DNA of 64,000 nucleotides from positions 57,412,001-57,476,000 of the forward strand of contig NC_067401.1 in NCBI RefSeq assembly GCF_016432865.1. Direction: 5' to 3'. The notes below the pieces were generated by a model. The model saw only the letters and a list, made by a program, of their open reading frames with translations, had not been told where the DNA came from and ran no database searches. Numbering within the stretch: the first letter of the stretch is position 1; each line of letters starts with the position of its first letter. A program made the translations under genes and the position numbers. This DNA comes from Antechinus flavipes (lineage: Eukaryota). This document shows positions 38,931 to 50,700 of the stretch, piece by piece.

Positions 38931-41900
38931 GCATAAGTTCTTCAATATATTCAACAATTCACCTGATGATTACTATAGCATCTTTTTTTTCTTATTCCCA
39001 GTAATTTAACTATAAATAGCATGGTTCTCTAGAATACATTGTACCAAAGATTATTAAATAGTAGAATCTTAGAGCTGGGGTGGGAATGGGGGTGACAGTA
39101 GGAATGTTAGGGAGTATGCATAGGAAAGAAGATCTTAAACAAAATCACTCCTTGCCCTAGTCCCTCTCATACAAAGATGAGTCCAACACAGTAGCAAGAC
39201 TAGAAATCAAGCCACCTAACTCTTGATGTTGTCCACATTTCACTCCCATGTAGTTAATCCTTTCACAATGTGACCTTCTCCATCCAGGTCTCAATATATC
39301 ATGGATTAGCATAAGAAACTAAATGAGAATTTGGGGGCATAAATTGTATAAGTTTTGCTTAAGTTGCAGATACTCAAAGACCACCAGAGGACATAGAACT
39401 TATAACCAAATACTTAGCCCAAATCTTACAATAAGGTACTATAAACACCCCATAAAAGAAAAAGAAAAACATCAGACTTCTCTGTTACAAAGAAAGGATA
39501 CAAAAATTTTATGCAGATTTCCCAGGTTGCAGAGCTGCCCTATCTCTAATCTCTTGATGTGGAAAGGGTAACTGTATTTTTCTATAGGTAAACACTGAAA
39601 TTCACTTTCTTAGATTGAATGAGCTCAATTTTTAAATGTTCCAGCCCTCACAAAATAGTCCATTTGCTTAACTGATACTCAGTTAACTGTTAACTCAGTA
39701 TCAGTTATGAGAGATAACAGGATCATTGATTTAGAGATGGTGACACTTTGGAGATCCTTTAATCTTACTTCCTTCTCAGTTTATGGACAAGGTTTATTAA
39801 GACTCAGTTAAAGTAATTTTCTCAAGGTCACACAGAGCTCAGATATGAACCTACACCTTATGGCCCCAAATGCAACACTCTTTCCAGTTACCCATAATGC
39901 CTCATTTTCTTTATTTGTTTTCACTTTTAAATAAATACATTTCTCATTCAAAGTGACTGAAATCACTTGCAAAGAGAATATTAATAGAAATAAAGGAAAC
40001 ACGGGTAATAGATAACAGAGACAAGGTTTATTTTCCCAATAGCCCAGAGACTCTGAGGTGTGTGTGTGTGTGGGGGAAACAATTGCAAATGTTTTAATAT
40101 TTTCTGAGTCTGGCTTTTAGTTTGGGAATGTTGAACCTCAACAGTACTATATAGCACGTACATGTCGACTCACTATATGGATAAGTCTAGGATGTGCTGT
40201 TTATGTGACTCCACACTCAGCTAAACAAGACCGATTACCAGTCCTCGTTCTCAGCATGCCCCCTCAGTCCTTGGACTCGCTATTATTGCTGCTAACAAGG
40301 GTGTTACCAATTGGATAAGTGGTCTCTGAAACTACTTTGCAGCAAAATATTTACATACGGGGGCTAAACACACAATTGTGTGTATGGCAGCTACATTGAT
40401 ATAATAGGCCATAATGACTCTGAGGGAACAGTTATGGATGAGCATGTCAGAAAGGAGAGAAGTGAGGAGCCTGAGTAAGTCATAACACAAATGACTTTAC
40501 TGACTTCCATAAATCCTGGGGCTAAGGAGCACCTAAGCAGGCCTGAGCCGGCACAGTCCTGAGACAGCTTTACAGTCTTGTGTCAGGAATCCTTATGCTA
40601 TAGAGTTTTATGGAAAAGCCAGAATTGCAGAGGAGCAATTGTGTGCCTATATTTAAGCCATTATCATTGACTTGGTCTATAACTCGCATACAAATAGTCC
40701 CAAAGTATTCATTTAGATGATAGATTATTAAATCCATTATGCCAATAATATGCATATTAAGGAGTACAAATTAAGCATTGACAGGTAATGCCTCATAAAC
40801 CCTGTGCTCTTCCTTGAAAAACTAACTGAAATCCACAGAAGACATAGGCACTTGAGTGATGGCCTAGATTCTAATGGTTATAAAGTCTCTGTGTGGCAGG
40901 GTTTCTAAACAGTGAGCCCACAATTACAAATTAATGATTTTGAAGTTTGATATTTGTTTTTTTTTTTTTAAATTTTATTGTTGTTTGTCAGAACCTATGG
41001 ACTACTGGAAATGAGTCCAATGAAAGATAGGTTTGGAAAACTAGGTCAAAAAAAAGGTAATTTCTTTCCAAGGAGAAAACATATTATTCTTAAGTCCATA
41101 AGCAAACTCCTATAACACAGAAAGATTATAGATCTAACAATCCCTGAAAACAGGTTCTCTAGAATCCAAATTCAATGTTCTTCCCCTACTTCATGCTGCT
41201 TCCCTCAGAGGAGTTATATAAATGAGACAACCAGAGATAGGAGATATACATAGGTAAGCCACCCACTGATCAAGTTCTATCAGGTTCATGATATTTAGAA
41301 TTACAGTTAAGAAAAACTCTATTCTAACATTTTTGCTCTTGTCTGCATTCTTCAACAGTTTTTAAAAAGTCATGCTATTATAAGAACTATGTAGAATAGA
41401 ATATTTGAATCACAAGAAGTATTACAGGGCATTTCTTACACCTTAAGGAGTTGGATATTATACCATACAATTTCTCCTAGGTTCACAATAATGCTTTGAG
41501 CTCACCTCCTTCCTTTTGTCAGAAACAATTAAACATATTTTATAAAATAACAAATTTCTTCCTTCTTTTACAGGCTTACAAAAATTGTAATTCTTTGTAA
41601 ATAATCACCTTCTATGGGAAATCTCTTTTTTTCCGTATTTCAAATTATCTGCTTAGCACAGACCCATTTCCCAGACAGACAAGTCCTCTTTTTGAAATAT
41701 TTAGACTTCTGAAGCACTTCAGTCATAGTGACATCTAATAGCCAATCTTTTTTTCCTCACTTTCTACAAAATCAGGTCCAGCTTATAATTCAAACAGTCC
41801 CCAAAGGCACTCCTGAAAAATGGCAAGCCCATGGTGTTCAGGTGAAAATGCTCTTTATTGCTCAAAATTGTTTCCTGTTAAAAAGCCTTTTTCTGAAATG

Positions 41901-42329
41901 CTAGGTCTAAGATGATCTTATGCTAATTTAACTCACTGGGGATGGTGAACAGATGTTACTTTGATTAATAGTTTCAGTATTCTGAAAATGCCAGGCCAGG
42001 TTCAAAACAATAAAGTCAGGTAAGAAATGTATTAAAAAGCACCATCCTCATATTCGTCATGTTGGAGGAAAATAGAATCACATTTCCTACATCAAATAAA
42101 AGCCAGGTATAAATCAAAGTAATAATATTGAAAAAAGTTACCTAATCCCTTTAATTTCCATCATGACACTATATATTATTACTTTTTAGATATATTTGCC
42201 TATCTGGCCTTTTATTTAAAAAATCCAATATAGGTATCCTAATGCCCCATTTCTAAAAATTACCCACAAAATCATAAAATTTCAAATTGGCAAGGACCAA
42301 AAAACCATCTAATTAAAATGATATAAAAA

Positions 42330-42900
42330 GACCATTAGTAAATTGGAGAATATGTAAAAAGAGGGCAACCAAGTTGATGAAGGGACTCAAAAGCATTTTA
42401 TATCATAATCAGATGAAAGAACTGATTATATTTAACCTGGGGAAGAGAAGTCAATGTGATCAAATATTTAAAAGGCTGTCACATGGAAAAAACCTATTTA
42501 GGTTTGTAAGTTTATATAGGTTTATAACGTATTCTCCTTGGACCTAAAAAGTAAGATCCAGAATCAATAAATGGATGCTAAAAAGAGGAAAATGTCCTCT
42601 TGATATGTCTTTCTTGATAGAATGTAAGCTCCTTAAAGGCAGGGGATGTTTCATTTTTGGCTTTATGTTACCAGAACTGTGCCTAGAACATAATACATGA
42701 TTAGTAAATGATTATTGGTTGATTGATTAGTAATTAGAGCCACTTAGAAAAATAAAATAGGCTGTCTCCAAAGACATAAGATTTAAATTTTACTGGAGGT
42801 CTTTTGTTATCAAAGACAATGAAGAAGGAATTCTTTTACAGGTATAAGTTAAAATTAATGGTCATCAGTAGCCCTCCGAATTCTGAAATTCTGTGAATCT
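42330..42900 (+). mobile_element. L3/CR1 3' fragment interrupted by an L2 tail (42606-42730)
   Basis: aaattggagaa...gagggcaacc...aaaggctgtcacatggaa...[tagaatgtaagctccttaaaggcaggg...gattgattag]...aattagagc...ttctgaaattctgtga. Confidence 0.75.
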
Positions 42901-43961
42901 CCTTATTTTAAAGATAATTACAGAAATTAAATGATTTACCCAGGGTAATCCCATTATTCAAAGACAGAACCAGGAATGGAATCCAAGTCTCTTAATTCCC
43001 CATTCAATGTTCTGTCCACTAGGACACATTATCCTTTTCCTCTCCCATTCATTACCTTCCAAAGAACAATAGAAGAATGAAGAGAACAATTTCTTAAGTC
43101 ATTTTGTTTCCCAAATCCAAACCCATATCTGAATTTTTGCCTTGGAATTGCTGGCTTCCAAGAATTAACTATATGTTTGATAGTAATGTCCTTTCCTAAG
43201 AAGCATTTTTCTAATATGCCAGTTCTATTACTCTTTTGATTCTGTAGCTCTTGTAGGGAATGAAGAGAGAGGGATCACTAACTAACTAGCTCAAATCCTA
43301 GCTGTTTCCTGATAGAGACAAACCCAGGAAGAGGGGAAAACCTCACCCATGTTTAAGGTCTAATCTAAGACTCAAAGTCACTCACCACCCATCNNNNNNN
43401 NNNNNNNNNNNNNNNNNNNNNNNNNNNNNNNNNNNNNNNNNNNNNNNNNNNNNNNNNNNNNNNNNNNNNNNNNNNNNNNNNNNNNNNNNNNNNNNNNNNN
43501 NNNNNNNNNNNNNNNNNNNNNNNNNNNNNNNNNNNNNNNNNNNATGGTAACTAATTATATGATCATATTGTTATTGCTATTATTATATTGGAAGGTATTT
43601 TAACCATCACCATTCCATTTCCAGGGTTTTACATTAAAGCAATCAAAAAGAATAAGTCTCTTTTAAGACACCCAGATCTGAAATTGGATGTTCAGTTAGT
43701 CTTTCTTACAATACACTTCCTATTGCAAAAACCTCTGTTTTCCAGGGAAGCCAACCATGAGTCTCAGTGCATCCGTGATACTGTATAAATTATCATTACA
43801 AATTCAGGAAGCCTACTTGTAAAATGATGCTATGCTATACTTAAAGCAAATATGCTACCTGAGGATTTCACTTATTTTATGTCTTCATATTTTGAGCATT
43901 TGTGTATATAGGTCATGCCCCCACTTAACCTGGAAATACTCTTTTTAAAAGTTTTTCTCAC

Positions 43962-44207
43962 CATTGCACAGAATGTCTCAGGTGGGTCTCCACAGGTAAT
44001 GTCAGGAGGATCCAATTTCACTTTCAGATATTTTGTCATGTCAGTAGCCTCTGGCTGGCAAGCCATGTAATCCCAAATTTTCCCTTCTTCTGTGTAAATC
44101 TGAGTCTTACATACATCATAATGTCCCCACACTGATGGATAGTGCTGCATCACTGAGGACACAGTAACCCAAAGGGCATGGATTGATAAGAATCTTGACA
44201 AATACAT
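43962..44207 (-). CDS. NTNG1: Netrin G1, first coding exon (codons 1-82: signal peptide plus start of laminin N-terminal domain)
   Basis: ATG at 44207-44205 translates MYLSRFLSIHALWVTVSSVMQHYPSVWGHYDVCKTQIYTEEGKIWDYMACQPEATDMTKYLKVKLDPPDITCGDPPETFCAM. This is the netrin-G1 N-terminus; from memory it differs from human at about 4 residues. The 246 nt end at a phase-0 donor ATG|GTGAGA (43961), where the known protein continues GNPYMC in the next exon. Confidence 0.98.
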
Positions 44208-44732
44208 CTCTAAATCCTTTGAAAACTTCACCAGGACTGAAACAAAGTTGGTAGATTTGTAATTTTGCTTTCTTGATGTATATTGGTCTGTATATTGTCA
44301 AAAGTATATGCACACAAAGTGGCCTCAAAGCAGGTTTCAAAACCAAGAGTGGTGATGTCTTAGAATATAGTGCTTTTTTGTGTAAGTTGAGGACTTTGGT
44401 GGAAGCCTATCATACTCATGTGACAGCCTTTAAAACCAGCCCTAGTATCTTTCTTTGTCCCGGACTTATCTCTAGGATTGTTGGATCTTGCTTTGTTTTG
44501 TTTTGATTTTTTTCTTATTGTTGTAACAAATGTCCAAGAAGGGATGATAATTTAGCAAAGTGGTAGGTCTTCAGTTGTACTGCCGATAACCCTGAGTGAT
44601 CCTCCTCTATGTTCACGGCTCACAAGGGATGCCCAGCCTTGCTGATAAATCAGTATCTGAAGCAAAAGGATGAGTGTCTACAGCCCGGTGTCTGTTTCCC
44701 ATCAATCATTCTTTTCTTCTGGCACCAACATC
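44208..44732 (-). other. NTNG1: 5'UTR part of NTNG1 exon 2 (525 nt)
   Basis: Minus-strand acceptor ...caaTAACtcttactcttattgtttttaaaAG|GATGTTGG, with AG at 44734-44733 and a branch-point-like A at 44758 (-26). The downstream sequence matches my recollection of the human NTNG1 leader. Confidence 0.85.
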
Positions 44733-47700
44733 CTTTTAAAAACAATAAGAGTAAGAGTTATTGTCCCAGAATCAATGCATTACCAAATGTCTGATATGTT
44801 GACATTTGGGAGTTTTGATGTAATAGAAAGCAAATTGGTGTAATATGGATAACCTTTACTGTGGCTGTTTTGCTAGAATGAGCAAACCACAGAAATCATT
44901 CACATTGGGAAGCATTCTGATATGAAGCATTTAACTCTTCCATAACAAAGGCACGTGTGTGCTGTTGCAGGTGAGTTACAGTTGGAGAGGTTTTGGGGGG
45001 CTTTTTGGTTCAAAAATTATATTTCTATATAGGCTAAATGAAGAGAAAATAGCCAGATTTAAACATTTCTCATATAGCTGGCAGGGCTGGAAAATCCTGA
45101 AAGAGAACAATGGAGAGAAATGAGCTCTTTTATTACAATGACAAAGAAATGACAACTACGAGTATGCCTTTTGTCTTTTTGGCAAAGGGACCCTAAAGAT
45201 ATCCAAATTCCTTCTACATTTCTCAGCTTTTGTTAGCTTGAATGAAAAACAGTATTGTTGGCACTAGGCTGTCCCTTTGGATTTACTCATCAGTATTGGA
45301 AGAACTTAGAATCTTTTGTTTAGCTGTATTTAGTGATAGAGATGAGACTTGGTTCACTGAAAATTATTTAAAAATAAATCTAGAAGAGCAAATTTTTCCC
45401 TTTTTGGATTTTCCATCTTTTTTTTTAGCTTTTTTTAGATGTCATTTCTTTCTTTTCTGTAATAGGAATAGAAAATTTGTACCAAAGGCCAACATTATGT
45501 CCTCTACTAAAACTTTGATCTCTGTGGCAAAATGCCCAATTTAAAACATACACATAAAAATAGAAGAGGGCAAGTTAACAGGCCATGAAGCAGAATGATA
45601 AGACATTTATTCTAAAATAAAATAAAAATCTATCATGTCACAATGATTTAATTAACAGCCATTACTGACAATTCACATTTGGACACAAAGGTGTTCCTAA
45701 ATCCAAATTACAACTTTTTTTTTTTTCTTTTGAGCTAGCTAGTTGCCAAAACTAAACAAATATTTACATTTTAGATCTAGAAGTAATTAAAAACACTAAA
45801 ATAGGTTAGATAATCAATTGATTTGTTGTCTATATGCAATTTTGTACCCAGAAAAATGATTTTTATTTTCCAATCCAAAAAGGACCAAAATGCAGTTTAT
45901 ATGAACATCTTAGACCTCTCAAACCATACAGCATTCTTTAAAACATGCAAGTTAATTGTCTTCAAAACAATCCTATAAGAGGGCTTACCATACTTAAATA
46001 ATGCACCATCTTAAAATGAACTAAGCTACAGACTCTACAAAATGCCAACAGATGGTTGAATAGTGTTTCCATAGCAAAGTAATTTATAATAATTGCTTTA
46101 TGGATGCAAGTGCAATTTTCATTATATTCCATTCATAAAATGTTATCATACAGCTGCAATTTGCAATACTTTCTATTAGGAAGTGTGTTGAATATTTGAA
46201 TTTCCATGAAGAAATAATCAGTAGTTTGTCTAAACATGTATAAACTACAAATCTGAATCTGTCACTTTTTAAGATAAAGTAAAATTTGTATGGAGCACAT
46301 TTAAAAAAAAATTAAACTAATAAAATGCTGTATAGACTTATATGTTGTGACTATTTGAGGATTCTTTCTGTTTTTATTCCCATTTCTAAGCAGCAGCCTC
46401 AAGGTTAATGTTTTTAGAAACACACATTTGTCAAACAATTTAATGATTTCTGAAATTGTTAAAAGTGATGTAAAGTAACATTGTTTAGATATGTGCATTG
46501 AACATGTTTACTATGTGAATACCTTCACTAACAGATCTTTTAAAGGGAGGAAAAAAGGCACTGCTATACAAGAGTGACAAATCTACTAGACCTGAAACTA
46601 TTACTCTCCATTCTTAAATTTAACTGTATAACCATATAAATTTAACCATTATATATGAAAAAATCATTAGTGAAAATTGCAGATTCTATCTTGAAGAAGT
46701 TGGAATAAGCTGCTTTGGAGTTTGGTTTTGCTAGCATTGTGGTGGTTTCTTGTTTGTTTTATATGTGACAAACACCAAATCTAGGCTTTTAAAACTATAA
46801 ATTTGAATTATCCCAAAAGTTCTCTTTATTGATTTTCAAAAAGAACTCAAGTTACCCCACTCTTTCATTATTGGTAATTCTATCCTTTCTCCATTTTTCC
46901 ATCCAAATTACTGTAACTTCTAAGCTTTGTTCAAGCAAAGTAAACAGTGCTCTCACTATCTAAATTACCAAAATAGAAAGTAAATGGACATATTTATATA
47001 TACAGTATGAGCACAGAGTTTTGTACTTGTTAATGTCTCATGACACAACAATCCTTCAATATAAGAAATTCTAACTGAAAGGACTCCCAGTTATAATGAT
47101 GGTCATTACATGGAATTATATACTATCACATTGATCTACCATAGTGCCCTGACAAGGGAAAAAATGCAGAGGAGTGCAAGATATTTAAATATTAGGCAAA
47201 TGTAGGACTGAGCAACAGACATCTCTGACAAGAAGCAGCCAATTATAGCTTAAATTTCTGGCGCATAACCAGTTGTGATTAATAGTTTTCCATTACATTA
47301 CAGACATATTATTAATGTATTAAAAATGTCAGGCTTTGGCAAGAACTAATACAGCATGGCTGAGTTAGTCTGCAGAATCGCCATTTAATGAGCTCCTATT
47401 GACACAGAGAAAGACATTGACCAAAGTATATTAAAGAGCACGTGGAGGGGGTCTTCAAGGCTCTCATAACCCAATTATACTATTTGTCTTTATTATTCTT
47501 AATCTTTGTAGTGTCATTCACTTTGTGATCTAGGCTTGGAGAATCGCCTCCTTCTCAAGATTGCATTAGACTTAAAAAAAAAATCAGATCAATTAAAAAT
47601 TAAAGGAAATTAACTCTCCAAATTTCAAAAAAAACAAAACATCTAAATCTTAAACTGGGGAGGGGAGGAAGGGGAATACCTGTTACCAATTCAGACATTT

Positions 47701-50700
47701 ACTATTAAAAATATAAATCAATAAAAGGAAAAAAATGTTCCCTAAAGAACATAACCAAATGACTTATAAAATCTAAATTTTGAGTCTCTTACAGTCTTGG
47801 TCTCCATCAGACAATACAGTCAACTGGGTTAAACTCGAATTTTAGCTGGGCTTTAAAAGTCTAAGTTATAGCCACAAAGGACTGGGCAGCTTGATTATGC
47901 AAAGAGGAGTATTCAATGACATATTTTGGCATTTAGCACACTGGGGCTATCCCTTCTGGGCTGTAGCTGCATTAATTACAAAGCAATTCAGGCTTTGAAT
48001 TTTCTCACGTGCCATATCCTCTAAATATATGCAATACCATAAGAGCTCTCTGACAGGGTCAAATCTTGTGATGTCCATTTCTTTATTCAGCAGCCCTTAA
48101 AAACTCAGAGTAATTAAGTAATGTCTTTGGATCTGTCAGCAACCCCAAACACTGAAGAATTGTTTTGGACAGAAACTCTTGCTACCAGGCTATAAGTGCT
48201 TGGTAATACACAGATCATTGAATAAATATGTGGCTAAAATGTTCATATATATATATCTTTTCATACATCTCTATCTGACAGATATTATTAATCAGGGAAG
48301 GAATATACTATAAAAAATGGCATGCATACAGACATCTTTTTGTTTTTTTAAGATTCATATAGCTGACTCACTTCCACCATGGATGGCTTTCTACAGTGTT
48401 CCAAAGGCCCTTTCTTTTGACCCAAATAGAAAACCCAAACTTGTAGCTGCAAATAGTTATAGTTAAAATGATTGCTGGACAATGCTTCCAAAATAAACTG
48501 CAAATTCTTTTCAATGTCTTATAGCCAAACATTATGGTCTAGTTATTTTAGATAGCTTCTAGCATTCCATTTTGAATAGAATTTCACACTTGGAGTATGG
48601 TTGGGCTGATATTTGTTCTATTGACTGTAGGTTTTGAATTCAGGGGGCATCTGGAATTGGAGCCTATGAATCCATTCCCCATCAACATTAATTTAATAAA
48701 CTTATGTCCTCTAAAATGGAGAGAAATAGAATAATGTAGTTTGCAATCATATTTTATTAGGAGTATCTCAACTGATAAAAGCATAGACAACTACTTATCA
48801 ATTATAACTTCCTAAATAGGAAAAAAATATATCAAACTGCCCATGTCATCTTTTAAAAAGATACCTTGAATCATACTTTTCAGTTAGTTATCTTTTGTAA
48901 TAAAGTAAGCGGTTCTAACTATCTTCATTGGATATAAGTTGGCAATAATACTTTTCTTAATTCTTCCTATTAAAATATAAAGAATTGGATTGCTTTGTGA
49001 TATTACTAGTATACAATATTTACATCATGGGATATTATAATCATTCACCTAGCCTTTGATCTTGAACATAACTAAAGCACTTAAATAAAGTCCCCATTTT
49101 CTTCAGGAGAAAACATTCCACCAAAACTAGATAACATATACTTTGTGGGATGTATATTTTAGATTTTAGCATTAAGCAATCTGTTTGATTATTAAAATTC
49201 CTAATATTATTTCAGCCAAAGAACCTAGTAGAAAAGCTGGCTTTCATTCCCATTGAATTTCTCTGGTTGTTCAGCCAAACACTAAATTCTCCTCTTTTCC
49301 AGCCAGTGAAACCAGGAAGATCCACATTTTTCAGAAATGGAAGTTTATGGAAATAAGCACCTAAAGTTTGAAACCTAAACTATAGGAGTTGAAGGAGCAT
49401 TCAAATTTAAAAACTATACTAGATTTTTGTCTATGCTGTGAGATGATATTGATCATATGTACATGAGCACTTCAAATGTCTAAAGAATTATTTTCTTTCC
49501 ACACAAGCTTTTGAAACTGTCAGTACCTCTTTCAAAATCTTCCTGACACTTAAAATCTTAAGAGGTTATATAAATATGAATGCTATCTCTAGTATGATTC
49601 AATGTAAAATAGTTGTCCAAGATAAATATTTACATAAATTTTACATACTTGATAGCAACAATATCACATTTTATCCACCCTCAAAAAAACAATTCTCTTA
49701 TGAGTTGCCCAACTAAGTTGCCCAAACTAAAAATTCAATGTAAAAACAGTTTGGGGCTTAAACAAATGATACTTTGTTGTATTTTTCAATTTCCCCAGAT
49801 TCGTGTATTCTTGAATTTCAGAAGAGGAACATCATTGGACTAGTAACCAAGGCATGGAATCCATGGTATTGTGATGTTACCATTCAGTGGGGGAAAATAT
49901 CATACTTTATGGCATCTGAAAAATAATTCCAGATAGGATCCATGTAGCAATAGAAAGAAATATATAGAGAAAGGGTTCAAATGTGAAGGCCTTCTGTTTT
50001 CTTTTTTCTTTTGTTATTGATTAAAAAGGGGGGGTGGGAATGAGAAAGTAAGGTAAAGTGTAAACAAACAAAGCAAAACAAAACAAAAAAAAAAGCTAAC
50101 AACTTTATCTGCAACACATCTTTTTAGAGGCAGCTTTTTCTTTTGCTATGGTGGAACGGGGTGGAAGGAAGTAGTCAAGCCAAGTTACTGAGTCTAAAAT
50201 TGATAATAGGTTAGCTAACATCCATGAGTAACGATACTCAGTAAAGACTACCTATTTCCAATAAACTTGGGTTCTTGGGTCATTAATTCTTCTGAAGTTT
50301 AATTAGTAAATGTACTTTAAGAAAGATGTGGCTTTTTTCCCTGTTTTCCCAGGCTAAAGTTTTAATTTCTCAACTGTGTAGAGAGGGAGGGCACTTTTAG
50401 TAATTTCCATCCTAAAACTGGGCTTTATTTCCAGAACAAGTGATGTGCCAACTTCACCATATGCTTATTGGAATTCTCAGTCTTTCCTATTCCAAAGACT
50501 GACACGCTGTTGTGATACAGGACGGCTCCTTTATTTGGTGAGGGGCCTGTGTTCTCTTTTTCTAGCAGATTTTGTGCTTGTTGCCCTGTTTATCCAATCA
50601 CTTCTATTCTCTCAATTTAAAGTTCTGGTTCCCTAGCATCCTTGTGCCACGAGACATGTTCCTTCACTAACCCTGATGAGTTTGATGTCCTTGGCTGAGG

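Larger units (their letters stand above)
1..43961 (-). other. NTNG1: Part of the large NTNG1 intron after the first coding exon
   Basis: Begins at the GT donor at 43961. No ORF resembling the next exon (GNPYMCNNECD...) occurs in 1-43961 in the ORF track. Confidence 0.85.

Noticed and set aside
43872-43961. Read-through of exon 2 into the intron (VRKTFKK...EDIK*) as a short secreted isoform
   Set aside because: The GTGAGA donor is good and there is no canonical AATAAA at the stop. There is no evidence for retention.
44208-44234. N-terminal extension from GTG (44231; the ORF track's first M) or CTG (44234)
   Set aside because: The true ATG at 44207 has G at -3 and matches the known N-terminus. 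The near-cognate starts are in frame but unsupported.
49053-49061. Perfect TCF/LEF site CCTTTGATC in intron 1
   Set aside because: An isolated short motif expected by chance in 64 kb.
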